A stretch of 64,000 nucleotides of DNA from an uncultured Pseudomonadota bacterium (GTDB taxonomy: Bacteria; Pseudomonadota; Alphaproteobacteria; RF32; CAG-239). This document shows, one piece after another, positions 40,888 to 50,039 of this stretch (position 1 is the first letter of the stretch; the number at the start of each line of letters is the position of its first letter). Position numbers and translations under genes: made by a program. Under the pieces are notes generated by a model. It was given only the letters and a program-made list of their open reading frames with translations. It had not been told where the DNA came from and did no database searches. The stretch is taken from the NCBI GenBank assembly GCA_902763155.1, contig CACWQS010000002.1, positions 137,566 through 201,565 of the forward strand. The letters run 5' to 3'.

Positions 40888-41978
40888 TGCGCAACTATAT
40901 CTTAAAAAGACTTTTACTCATTCCGTTCACTTTGTGGGGCATCATCACGGTTAATTTTGCCATTATCCAATTGGCTCCCGGCGGACCGGTGGACTATATG
41001 TTGGCGCAATATCGCGGTATGAATACCGACACCACCGCCCAACTGACTTCGCGCGTTGAAGCCAGTCAAAGCACCGCCGCGGCAAACACAACAAGCAATT
41101 CCAAATATGTCGGTGCCCAAGGCGTACCGGAAGATTTAATCAAGGCCTTAGAACAGCAATTCGGCTTTGATAAACCTTGGTATGTGCGCTACGGCAAAAT
41201 GCTTAAGGACTATATTTGCTTTGATTTCGGTAAGAGTTACTACCGCGACAAAACCATTTTGGAGCTGATAAAAGAGCGCCTACCCGTTTCGATTTCGCTC
41301 GGGCTATGGTCAACCTTGCTTATTTACCTCATCGCCATACCGCTCGGCATTAAAAAAGCACAAAAAGACGGTTCAAAATTCGATATTATTACCTCATTTG
41401 CCATAGTTATCGGTTCGGCAATGCCGGTATTTTTGCTGGCGGTATTTTTTATAGTGTTCTTTGCCGGCGGCATATATTGGCAATGGTTCCCTTTGCGGGG
41501 ATTAACCGGTGATAATTGGGCAAACTTGAGCTTTTGGGGGCAAATAAAAGATTATTTTTGGCATATAACATTACCGGTTTTAACTATGGTTATCGGTGGT
41601 TTTGCCGGCTTGACCATGCTGACCAAAAACTCATTTTTGGATGAAATCAATAAACAATACGTACTTACGGCACGCGCCAAAGGTGCCTCGGAAAATCGCA
41701 TTCTTTACGGCCACATTTTCCGTAATGCCATGCTGATTATCATCGCCGGTTTCCCGTCATTGTTAATAAAAATGCTGTTCACCGGTTCACTATTGATAGA
41801 AGTTATTTTTTCGCTTAACGGTCTGGGACTGCTCGGCTATGAAGCCATTACCACCCGCGATTATCCGGTGGTGTTCGGCACATTATATATCTTTGCCCTG
41901 CTCGGATTGATTTTGAAACTCATCAGCGATATTACCTATTCTCTGGTTGACCCGCGCATCAATTTTGAAAAGATATAA
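40887..41978 (+). CDS. ABC peptide-transporter permease (YejB/OppB-like)
   Basis: 6 TM helices. The ABC permease EAA-like loop region (TARAKGASENRILYGHIFRNA) is present. Confidence 0.8.
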   Translation: MRNYILKRLLLIPFTLWGIITVNFAIIQLAPGGPVDYMLAQYRGMNTDTTAQLTSRVEASQSTAAANTTSNSKYVGAQGVPEDLIKALEQQFGFDKPWYVRYGKMLKDYICFDFGKSYYRDKTILELIKERLPVSISLGLWSTLLIYLIAIPLGIKKAQKDGSKFDIITSFAIVIGSAMPVFLLAVFFIVFFAGGIYWQWFPLRGLTGDNWANLSFWGQIKDYFWHITLPVLTMVIGGFAGLTMLTKNSFLDEINKQYVLTARAKGASENRILYGHIFRNAMLIIIAGFPSLLIKMLFTGSLLIEVIFSLNGLGLLGYEAITTRDYPVVFGTLYIFALLGLILKLISDITYSLVDPRINFEKI

Positions 41979-42048
41979 AATCTTACAACTAATTTATGCC
42001 TTTTTAACCAAAATTACCCTAATATTACCCTTAAAATAGGAGAAAATA

Positions 42049-42546
42049 ATGAAAAAAGCAGTTTTTATGGTATTTTTAGGGGTTGCCGGATTAAGCGCAA
42101 TTTCGGCACAAACGATGATCAATCCATGGATAGAATGCGGAGATGATATCAGTTGCGGCGTAGCGAAAGCCGGATTTAATTTTCCGCTTAAGGTAAAAAA
42201 CTATACGGTTCGGGCAATGGATGATATGATGGAATTTCGCTTTCCGTTGGATGAAAAGCGTCATGTTATTGTGCGCAAATCCGTAACGCCGGAAGGCGAA
42301 CCTGATGAAAACGGGATTATAGACATCTCCGGAGATTATAACCGATATCCGGCCAATAAAACCGTTACATTGGAAAATGGTGTAAAATTCAGTGTCAGAG
42401 GCAAAGAAGACAACTACAAAGTTGTGAACTTTGCGGCTGAAAGCGGATATTACAGCATAATGTGCAACGAAGGCTTGGACTTACAAGATATAGAATATTT
42501 CTATAAATTGCTGGAAGAAGCGGAAGCCCCAAGAAATAACAGATAA
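42049..42546 (+). CDS. secreted hypothetical protein
   Basis: Signal peptide MKKAVFMVFLGVAGLSAISA. 165 aa. Confidence 0.5.
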   Translation: MKKAVFMVFLGVAGLSAISAQTMINPWIECGDDISCGVAKAGFNFPLKVKNYTVRAMDDMMEFRFPLDEKRHVIVRKSVTPEGEPDENGIIDISGDYNRYPANKTVTLENGVKFSVRGKEDNYKVVNFAAESGYYSIMCNEGLDLQDIEYFYKLLEEAEAPRNNR

Positions 42547-42565
42547 GAAACAAAAGGCAAAAAAA

Positions 42566-43489
42566 ATGAAAACTATTCAGAACTTTTTTGTTAAATATAT
42601 GGCATTGATTGTATTGGTTGTTGCTTTGATTTCCCTTTTTGCTCCGCAAAGCGCTTTATGGATTTCAACCTCGTGGATAAACTATCTTTTGATGGTGGTT
42701 ATGTTCGGTATGGGATTGACCTTGAAGCCGGAAAGTTTTGTCTTGGTATTCAAACGTCCCAAAGATATTCTTTGCGGTGTTTTTGCCCAATATACGATTA
42801 TGCCGCTGTTAGCCTTTGCCTTGAGCCGTTTGTTCGGGCTAGATGCCGCCTTAACCGCCGGTGTCATTTTGGTCGGAACTTGCCCGGGTGGTACGGCAAG
42901 TAATGTGATTACCTATTTTGCCAAAGGAGATATTGCTCTTTCGGTTTCCATCACCAGTGTAAACACAATATTGGCTCCGATATTGACACCGCTCGTGACC
43001 TACCTTTTGCTCAATACAACGGTTGAAGTGAATATGATGAGTATACTTATCGCCATAATTAATGTGATTCTAATCCCGATTGTGCTTGGTTTTATTATTA
43101 ATCGGTTCTTTGCAAGCATCACGCAAAAACTGGTGGATTTGTTACCGATAATTTCGGTGGTAGCAATTTGTATGATTGTGGCCACAGTGGTTTCGCACAA
43201 TGCCGAAAAAATCTATACTTGCGGATTTTTGGTGTTGAGTGTTGTCGTATTGCATAATCTTTTGGGCTATTTATGCGGCTTTACACTCGGCAAGATACTG
43301 AAAATGGAACCTGCAAAGATTAAGGCATTTTCGGTGGAAATCGGTATGCAAAACTCCGGCTTAGCGACAAGTTTGGCCGGCACCGCATTCCCAACACTTG
43401 CAATGGCAACCGTGCCAGGAGCGATTTTTTCGGTATGGCATAACATTTCCGGTGCAATTCTCGCCGAAATATACCGACATTGGGATTAA
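42566..43489 (+). CDS. bile acid:sodium symporter (BASS/SBF) family transporter
   Basis: 307 aa polytopic protein. Motifs GTCPGGTASNV and GMQNSGLA match the SBF family. Confidence 0.8.
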   Translation: MKTIQNFFVKYMALIVLVVALISLFAPQSALWISTSWINYLLMVVMFGMGLTLKPESFVLVFKRPKDILCGVFAQYTIMPLLAFALSRLFGLDAALTAGVILVGTCPGGTASNVITYFAKGDIALSVSITSVNTILAPILTPLVTYLLLNTTVEVNMMSILIAIINVILIPIVLGFIINRFFASITQKLVDLLPIISVVAICMIVATVVSHNAEKIYTCGFLVLSVVVLHNLLGYLCGFTLGKILKMEPAKIKAFSVEIGMQNSGLATSLAGTAFPTLAMATVPGAIFSVWHNISGAILAEIYRHWD

Positions 43490-43576
43490 GCCAATCCGAA
43501 TATGCGAACTCCCAGTCCGCTTGGTGTTTTTATAATATATTAACTCTTGGTTGATATAACAAAATTGAGGTGTGTT

Positions 43577-45625
43577 ATGAAAAAATTACTCTTAATGCTT
43601 GGAATATTCTTTGCTTTGCTTAAAAATGCGCAGGCTATTGATGAAAAAGAAAAAGAGATGTTTGACCGGTTTATTAATTTTACCGGAACTTATGAAGAAG
43701 ATTTACATCGTTTTAAGCAAAAACCATTGGTTGATTTAACCAAAGAAGAGCAAAAATCTGTTGCCGATTTTTCAATAGAGCGCAAAATTAATCCGCAATA
43801 TATTGAGAAATATGAGCAAGATACCAAACAGCAATATTCTCCAGCCGCAAAATTAAATCCATGGTTGGCAAGTTATTATGACACCGCATATTTTATTGAA
43901 TATTTGGAAAAAATTCCGGCACGCACTTTGGCACAAAAATATCAATTGTTGATTTTGTGGCAGATTTATAAACCGGAAAAAGTCGGTTCTGAAGAGTATA
44001 AAAAAATTGCCGAGTCCGCTCATGCCAAAACAATGGAATATTTGGCTGATGATGATAATTGGCAGGCTTCGTGGCGCCGTGAGGAATATGAAGAAATTGT
44101 GCAAGATGATTTTCAAAAGTGTTATGCCGATAAAAATTGCTTGGTAAAAGCTATTCCATATTGGATGGACTTACGTATTCCGATGAAAGTGATTTTGCCG
44201 TGCGATTTTGCTAAAGAGCATAATTTGTTATATTATTATGACGGTGCTGCAGGCGGTTCCGGTACTCAGGCAATTATGGTTTCTACATGTATTGCCGATG
44301 AAAAGTATAATTTTACACCGGAGCTTGATGCTTACATAGATAATGTGATTTCCGAAACCATACCTTACAGTTCTGGCTCAATAGTTAATGTATTTTATGC
44401 CAATGCCGATGCCCATTATTGGGATATAAAATATCAGCCGAATTTTAAAATCGATAAAATTGCCAATTGGCAGGAGTTTCCTTATACCGAATGGGCGGTG
44501 CAATCATATTATAATTTCAAAAAATTCAATAGTGTTATCAATAAAGGTGTCGGTTATAAGAAGGCCGTTGATATGCTTAAAGACCATTATGTAAAAGTAT
44601 TTAAAGCCAAACCGGAACAGGCCTTAAACGCAGCTTTAGTAACACTGAATCCACCGTCTTCATACGATTTTAAACGCATTACGCCGGATAATTTGAACTA
44701 TCTTTTGCTAATCGGAGCCGATTGGGAAAAAATTAAAGAGCAATTACCTGAAAACAATGACATAGCAGAATTGTTGGAATTAAGTATTGCCCATCCGCAG
44801 AACTTAAAACAACTCGTAAAACTAACAAAAAATGTCGATAAACCAAACAGTTTCGGTAAAACTCCATTGCAAACCGCCGCACAATACGGCTATTTTGAAA
44901 GTATTAAAATTTTACTTGATGCCGGTGCGGATATCAATCACCAAACTGTTGACTCCAATTGTTTTTCGGATTTTGAAATTGAGTGTATTCATAACGGCAA
45001 ACGCACGGCTTTAATGTATGCCTTACAAGAAAATCAGTATGAAACAGCAAAATATTTACTAGAAAAAGGTGCCGATATAACTTTAACCGATTCACAAGAA
45101 ATGACGGCACTTGATTATTTGATGAAAAAAGCGCCGAAATTCAGTACACACCGAACCGGAACAATTTACGGAGGTGAAGCTAATTGGCGAGAGCCGGAAG
45201 ATAATGAGAAACTGCCGACCGAACAATATGATGAGTTGTATAAACGTTTATTTTTCCATCAACAACCGCAAATCGCCGATGTTTTGGCTGGAAAATGGGA
45301 ATCAGAAGAAAAAGAAGAAACGGCTGTTTTTGAAAAAAATAACGATACCGATAAGCCTTTGTTAATTATTAAAAATGAACGTGGCGTATGGGCTGAATGT
45401 GATGCACAAGAAGATTCCCGCAACGTTTTTAATTGTATTTTTGAGCCGGATAAAGGCGATAAAAATAAATTTGATGTTTATTTTGCAATTTCTCATTATT
45501 ATAAGGATAAAGTAATCATATATTACAGTCTGGAACCGAATGTGCTTGATCGCTGTGTACAAGATGACGCTTGCGAACCTGAAATTTTAGCAACGCTGGA
45601 ACGAGAGGTAGAACACGATAAATAA
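43577..45625 (+). CDS. secreted ankyrin-repeat protein
   Basis: Signal peptide MKKLLLMLGIFFALLKNAQA. Ankyrin repeats, e.g. GKTPLQTAAQYGYFESIKILLDAGADINHQ and RTALMYALQENQYETAKYLLEKGADITL. Confidence 0.75.
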   Translation: MKKLLLMLGIFFALLKNAQAIDEKEKEMFDRFINFTGTYEEDLHRFKQKPLVDLTKEEQKSVADFSIERKINPQYIEKYEQDTKQQYSPAAKLNPWLASYYDTAYFIEYLEKIPARTLAQKYQLLILWQIYKPEKVGSEEYKKIAESAHAKTMEYLADDDNWQASWRREEYEEIVQDDFQKCYADKNCLVKAIPYWMDLRIPMKVILPCDFAKEHNLLYYYDGAAGGSGTQAIMVSTCIADEKYNFTPELDAYIDNVISETIPYSSGSIVNVFYANADAHYWDIKYQPNFKIDKIANWQEFPYTEWAVQSYYNFKKFNSVINKGVGYKKAVDMLKDHYVKVFKAKPEQALNAALVTLNPPSSYDFKRITPDNLNYLLLIGADWEKIKEQLPENNDIAELLELSIAHPQNLKQLVKLTKNVDKPNSFGKTPLQTAAQYGYFESIKILLDAGADINHQTVDSNCFSDFEIECIHNGKRTALMYALQENQYETAKYLLEKGADITLTDSQEMTALDYLMKKAPKFSTHRTGTIYGGEANWREPEDNEKLPTEQYDELYKRLFFHQQPQIADVLAGKWESEEKEETAVFEKNNDTDKPLLIIKNERGVWAECDAQEDSRNVFNCIFEPDKGDKNKFDVYFAISHYYKDKVIIYYSLEPNVLDRCVQDDACEPEILATLEREVEHDK

Positions 45626-45647
45626 TGATATTTCACATGCAAATCAA

Positions 45648-46097
45648 CTATAACTTTTTCACATACACCCGGGTTGGTTTACCCTCGCGGGTGGGCATGG
45701 TCTGCCAAAAGGTAAAGCCGTATTTCTCGTAAAGGCCGACCTCGTCGGTGGAAATATATACTTTTTCGGTTCCGGCGGATTTTAACACTTCGCAAATGTG
45801 GGCAATTAACTTGCCGGCGTTGCGATGACCGCGATAGGCCGGAAAGGTATATACAAACCCGATCCACGGCGACAGTTCCGGTGCGTCAATTTCATCTTGC
45901 GGCGCCAAAGTGGCAAACGAAACCAGCTTATCGCCGGCGGTCAGCATATAAACCTCGGCCGCATCTCCGCTTATCTGCTTTAATTTATCGCTCTTCAACC
46001 AGTTGTGCAACAATTCCGCCGCCGACCAATCGCCTTTGCCGATTTCTTCCCGCCAATGTGCCTGATTTTCCGATTGATAATACTTGATAACCTGCAT
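45648..46097 (-). CDS. GNAT family N-acetyltransferase
   Basis: Acetyl-CoA binding motif RGHRNAGKLIAHICEVLK. Confidence 0.75.
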   Translation of the reverse strand: MQVIKYYQSENQAHWREEIGKGDWSAAELLHNWLKSDKLKQISGDAAEVYMLTAGDKLVSFATLAPQDEIDAPELSPWIGFVYTFPAYRGHRNAGKLIAHICEVLKSAGTEKVYISTDEVGLYEKYGFTFWQTMPTREGKPTRVYVKKL

Positions 46098-46168
46098 TTT
46101 GCCTCATACTTCATAGTTGCGATATTTGCAAACTATAAACCTTTAAATATAACTTGCCAAGTACATAG

Positions 46169-46198
46169 TTCATAGTTTTGAAATTTTAAAACTATGAA
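46169..46198. promoter_or_regulatory. 30-bp near-perfect palindrome in the divergent GNAT/dinB intergenic region
   Basis: TTCATAGTTTTGAAATTTTAAAACTATGAA. 14 of 15 positions are self-complementary. A CATAGTT direct repeat lies immediately 5'. Confidence 0.3.
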
Positions 46199-46267
46199 GT
46201 TAGAAAAAATTTCCTCTTTTTAACTCACCAAATATTATTGACTCTCAAAATTTCTGCGCTAATAATA

Positions 46268-46282
46268 GAACAGAAATAGAAC
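46268..46282 (+). promoter_or_regulatory. candidate alphaproteobacterial LexA (SOS) box GAAC-N7-GAAC upstream of dinB
   Basis: GAACAGAAATAGAAC, 15 nt upstream of the dinB ATG. Confidence 0.55.
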
Positions 46283-46296
46283 ATTGAAGAGGTAAA

Positions 46297-47454
46297 ATGC
46301 GCCAGCACGTTATTGCATTGGTTGATTGCGACTGCTTTTTCGTTTCTTGCGAACGAAAGGATAACCCCGATTTGCAGGGCAAGCCGGTGTGCGTTATGAC
46401 TGGTGCCACCAGTAAAGGTATTATCGTTTCCCGTTCCAAAGAAGCCAAAGCACTCGGGATTAAAATGGGGCAGCCGTATTTTCAGGTTAAACCGAACTTT
46501 CCGACCGCGATTTGTATTCCGGCGCGCCACCACCGCTATACCGAAATTTCCAAAGAAGTGATGGACACCATCAAAACTTTCAGTCCGGATGTCGAAGTGA
46601 CTTCGGTTGATGAAGCTTTTATTGATTTAACCAGCCTCAACAAAGTTTATCACTCGACATATACCGATATTATCAAAAATATCCGCCAGACGGTGTGGGA
46701 CAAGGTCGGAATTCCGGTATCTATCGGGTTGGGAACTTCTAAAACATTGGCTAAATTGGCGAGCGATAAGGCCAAGAGCAACAACGGCATTTTCGTTATT
46801 TCGCCGGATAAAATCTTGGATATTGTGGGCGAAATGCCGATTGAGGACGTTAGCGGTATCGGGCGCAAAAACAGCGAGCACATGAAGTTCAGCGGTATCT
46901 TTACGATTAAGGATTTTGTGGAGAAAGAAAACGGCTGGATACGGAAAGCCTTCGGAATTAACGGATTAAATTTGAAAAGTGAGTTGACTGGTGTTGCGAC
47001 ATCTTTGGTCAACAACGAACCCACCGCCCCACAGAGCATACAGGTAACGCGGAGTTTTGAGGACTTTACGCAGAGTTTGGAGTATTTAGAACATGAACTG
47101 AACCGGCATGTTCACGAGGCTTGTCAGAAGTTGCGGCAGTGGAACGGATTTTGCCAAGGGGTGGAAGTTATGCTCCGTACGAAAGACTTCAAATATCTCG
47201 CCATCGAGGCGAAACTGCCGAACCCGACCAACGGCGACCAGGAAGTTCGCATAACCGCCATAAACCTCTTAAAACAACTCTACCGCCCGAATTTAATTTA
47301 TCGCTCCACCGGCGTAACTCTGACACACTTAACCTACGGCGAAATCCAACAATCGTTGTTTGAGGAGGTAAAACCGCACGACGACAAACTCTCGCACCTC
47401 GTTGATGAACTGGAAGCCAAATTCGGCAAAGGCATTGTTAAGACCGGGGTGTAA
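46297..47454 (+). CDS. dinB: DNA polymerase IV (Y-family)
   Basis: Start of protein ALVDCDCFFVSCE, and motif SIGLGTSKTLAKLAS. Confidence 0.9.
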   Translation: MRQHVIALVDCDCFFVSCERKDNPDLQGKPVCVMTGATSKGIIVSRSKEAKALGIKMGQPYFQVKPNFPTAICIPARHHRYTEISKEVMDTIKTFSPDVEVTSVDEAFIDLTSLNKVYHSTYTDIIKNIRQTVWDKVGIPVSIGLGTSKTLAKLASDKAKSNNGIFVISPDKILDIVGEMPIEDVSGIGRKNSEHMKFSGIFTIKDFVEKENGWIRKAFGINGLNLKSELTGVATSLVNNEPTAPQSIQVTRSFEDFTQSLEYLEHELNRHVHEACQKLRQWNGFCQGVEVMLRTKDFKYLAIEAKLPNPTNGDQEVRITAINLLKQLYRPNLIYRSTGVTLTHLTYGEIQQSLFEEVKPHDDKLSHLVDELEAKFGKGIVKTGV

Positions 47455-47490
47455 AAATAAATCCACGTAACCCGCATATTTTACTGAACG

Positions 47491-47733
47491 ATGCGCAAAT
47501 ATAAGGATATCAAGCCAAGCAACCGGACAAACTTTGTGATGGTCTATTATCACGCCGGACGCACATTAACTCAAATCGAAACTTTACTAAAAAAGGCCTA
47601 CGGCAACCCACTACCGGTCAGACCTCGCGACCGCTTGAACCGCCTGCAATTCAAACTCGAACAAATGGCTGTCCGGTATAAACAATGCCAAAATGAGCTT
47701 CATATTCAGTATCAAAAACAGAAAGAAAAATAG
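47491..47733 (+). CDS. small basic hypothetical ORF (possible remnant of a mobile-element HTH)
   Basis: 80 aa, K/R-rich. Uncertain whether it is expressed. Confidence 0.25.
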   Translation: MRKYKDIKPSNRTNFVMVYYHAGRTLTQIETLLKKAYGNPLPVRPRDRLNRLQFKLEQMAVRYKQCQNELHIQYQKQKEK

Positions 47734-47759
47734 TTATTGTTTTTTTAAGATTCCTTGTT

Positions 47760-48010
47760 TATAGTTAATTTCGTTAGGACAGCCCAAGTCCTGACAGGAC
47801 ATTGACAGTCTAATCGCTATGGGCAAAACATAACTTTTGTGTTACGTTGTAATATAAAAGACGATTGCCATATTGGGCATCTCACCGTAACGGGTGGATG
47901 CCAGTGAATAAGGCATATACCCAATAGCTGGGCTACTTATCATAGCGATTGTAGTGTCAACGTCCACCCACCTTACAAGGTGGGTGAATTTGTTTGGGCT
48001 GATTGGTAAT
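47760..48010. ncRNA. GC-enriched, highly self-complementary noncoding stretch (candidate structured RNA or decayed element)
   Basis: Long-range pairing AATCGCTATG (about 47812) with CATAGCGATT (about 47943). Hairpins GGCATCTCACC..GGGTGGATGCC and CACCCACC-TTACAA-GGTGGGTG. Local GC is clearly above its surroundings. Confidence 0.2.
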
Positions 48011-48015
48011 TCAGT

Positions 48016-48468
48016 TTGAGCATATGCGCGTTTTTCGGCCACCGCGACACCCCGATGTCATCTTCAATAGAAAACCATTTATCGGAAGTTGTCAGAGGCT
48101 TAATTATAAATCATGATGTAACTGAATTTTGGCTTTGTGAACAAGGAACGTTTGACTGCTTGTCGCGTCTTGTAATGAATGAACTAAAAAAAGAATTTGA
48201 ATATATAACTCTTTGCATATTTCCCGCATATTATCCAAATAACGCCAAACTTGATTGGATGGATGATAATAATTACGATTTGATGTATCCTGATGAAGTA
48301 GCCAAAGCGCCACCGCAAGTTGCTATTTTACGTCGCAACGAATATATTGCTAAAAATGCCGATTATATTGTTTGCTACATAAACCGTAAATCAGGCGGAG
48401 CCTATAAGGCAGTTGAAATTGCGAGAAAATACGATAAAAAAATAATCAACCTCGCCGAGTATATTTAA
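48016..48468 (+). CDS. YpsA/DUF1273-like (SLOG superfamily) protein
   Basis: The AFFGHRDTP N-terminus and 150 aa length resemble YpsA/YoqJ-type SLOG proteins, often phage-associated. Tentative. Confidence 0.45.
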   Translation: MSICAFFGHRDTPMSSSIENHLSEVVRGLIINHDVTEFWLCEQGTFDCLSRLVMNELKKEFEYITLCIFPAYYPNNAKLDWMDDNNYDLMYPDEVAKAPPQVAILRRNEYIAKNADYIVCYINRKSGGAYKAVEIARKYDKKIINLAEYI

Positions 48469-48512
48469 TTCAAGCCTTACAGCTTCAAATGTTCTAAAAA
48501 CGCCTGATTATC

Positions 48513-49097
48513 TCAACAAATTTTACGGACACTTTTGCAAGGAACGCCATAAGCTAAAGTGTTGGCAGGAACATCTTTTGTAACAACACTTGCGGCACCG
48601 ATGATTGAATTATCGCCTATGCTGACACCCGGAAGGATTGTAACATTTGCGCCAATCCATACATTTTTACCGATTTTAACCGGTTTAGGCATAGCATTAC
48701 ATCTTTTTTCAGGGGCAAATTCATGGTTCAGTGTAACAATCGTAACATTACTACCCAGCATTGAATTATCACCGATTTCTATTCCGCCATTATCTTGAAA
48801 ATGGCAACAGGTATTGATAAAAACCTTTTTCCCCAGTTTGATATTTTTGCCGAACTCGGTGTAAAAAGGTGGCAATATCAGGCAATCTTTATCGACTTTG
48901 CGCGCAATCAGCTCAGAAAACAGCGCTCTGACTTCTTCAGGTGTGTGGTATTTATTATTCAATTCCATCGTGATTTTTAGAGCTTCTTGACCATATTCAT
49001 AAAAAGATTGTAACAAATCCGTCCCGAATATCATCGGTGTTCCTTTTTTCATTATAGCTCTGATTTGCGGTATGCTTAATATTTTTTTACCCATCAT
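48513..49097 (-). CDS. hexapeptide-repeat sugar O-acetyltransferase (Maa/LacA-like)
   Basis: Left-handed beta-helix repeats and IGDNSMLGSNVTIV...GKNVWIGANVTILPGVSIGDNSIIGAASVV. Confidence 0.8.
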   Translation of the reverse strand: MMGKKILSIPQIRAIMKKGTPMIFGTDLLQSFYEYGQEALKITMELNNKYHTPEEVRALFSELIARKVDKDCLILPPFYTEFGKNIKLGKKVFINTCCHFQDNGGIEIGDNSMLGSNVTIVTLNHEFAPEKRCNAMPKPVKIGKNVWIGANVTILPGVSIGDNSIIGAASVVTKDVPANTLAYGVPCKSVRKIC

Positions 49098-49560
49098 TAT
49101 TCTCCTTAAGTAAATACTCTAAAAATGCCTGACAGCCTTCATAAATATCCCAATAGCTCTCGTCAAAGTTTCCGGTATACCAAGGGTCGCGGATGTTGCG
49201 TGGGTGGTCTGTAAAATCTAATAAGCGGTGGATTTTGTGCTCTGTATCCGGACCGACGAGCGATTGAATGTCCTCAATGTTGCTGTCGTCCATCGCCAGA
49301 ATATAGTCATAATAAGCGTAATCGCGCAGGCGAATTTGCCGCGAATAATGCTCCTCGAACGGAATTTGCATGGCTTTCAGCTTGTCGCGGGTGCCGTGAT
49401 GAATGCCGGCATGACACATCTCATTGTAACTTTCGGTCGCGGCGGAATCTATTTCAAACTGATCGGATAAACTGCGCTCCTCAACCATCTGCTTAAACAC
49501 AAACTCCGCCATCGGCGACCGACAAATATTCCCCAGACATACAAACAAAACTTTAATCAT
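49087..49560 (-). CDS. low-molecular-weight protein-tyrosine phosphatase
   Basis: P-loop VLFVCLGNICRSPMAE and a DP motif further down. Confidence 0.85.
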   Translation of the reverse strand: MIKVLFVCLGNICRSPMAEFVFKQMVEERSLSDQFEIDSAATESYNEMCHAGIHHGTRDKLKAMQIPFEEHYSRQIRLRDYAYYDYILAMDDSNIEDIQSLVGPDTEHKIHRLLDFTDHPRNIRDPWYTGNFDESYWDIYEGCQAFLEYLLKENNDG

Positions 49561-49679
49561 AAAGACATCTCCCAACCTTAGAGTATATGATTAATTTAAA
49601 ATTACAAGATTCTTTTTGACATCTCGCATTTTGCGATGATAATTAAAGCAACTGATATTTTTGGAAAAGGAGATAAAAA

Positions 49680-50024
49680 ATGCCGTACATTGAAGCAAAA
49701 ATGAGCATTAAACTGGATGAAAACCAGAAAGACGCGTTGCAAAAGAAGTTAACCTGCGCCGTATCGGTCGCATTTGGCAAGCCGAAAGCCTACATTATGG
49801 CGTGCATAGAGGACGACAAATCGCTGTATATGGCGGAGCGGAAGCTCGAAAAAGGTGCCTACATCGCTATTCGGCTGCTTGGTTCGGCGTCTAAATCGGC
49901 GTGTCAGGGCTTAACTGGCGAAATTTGCCGCATTTTACAAAGCGACTATGGTATTGATGGCGCAAATGTTTATATCACCTACCACCCAACCGACCTTTGG
50001 GGTTGGAACGGCGGAATGTTTTAA
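49680..50024 (+). CDS. MIF (macrophage migration inhibitory factor)/tautomerase-family protein
   Basis: 114 aa with Pro at position 2 (MPYIE...). AFGKPKAYIMACI resembles MIF ATGKPPQYIAVHV. The C-terminus NVYITYHPTDLWGWNGGMF resembles MIF [22 protein letters not shown]. Confidence 0.55.
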   Translation: MPYIEAKMSIKLDENQKDALQKKLTCAVSVAFGKPKAYIMACIEDDKSLYMAERKLEKGAYIAIRLLGSASKSACQGLTGEICRILQSDYGIDGANVYITYHPTDLWGWNGGMF

Positions 50025-50039
50025 TTATATATAGCAAAA

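Noticed and set aside
47760-48010. Tested as tmRNA / RNase P RNA / 6S
   Set aside because: No tRNA-like 3' end or tag reading frame, and no P4/GGAAAGUCCGG-type motifs. Kept only as a generic structured candidate.
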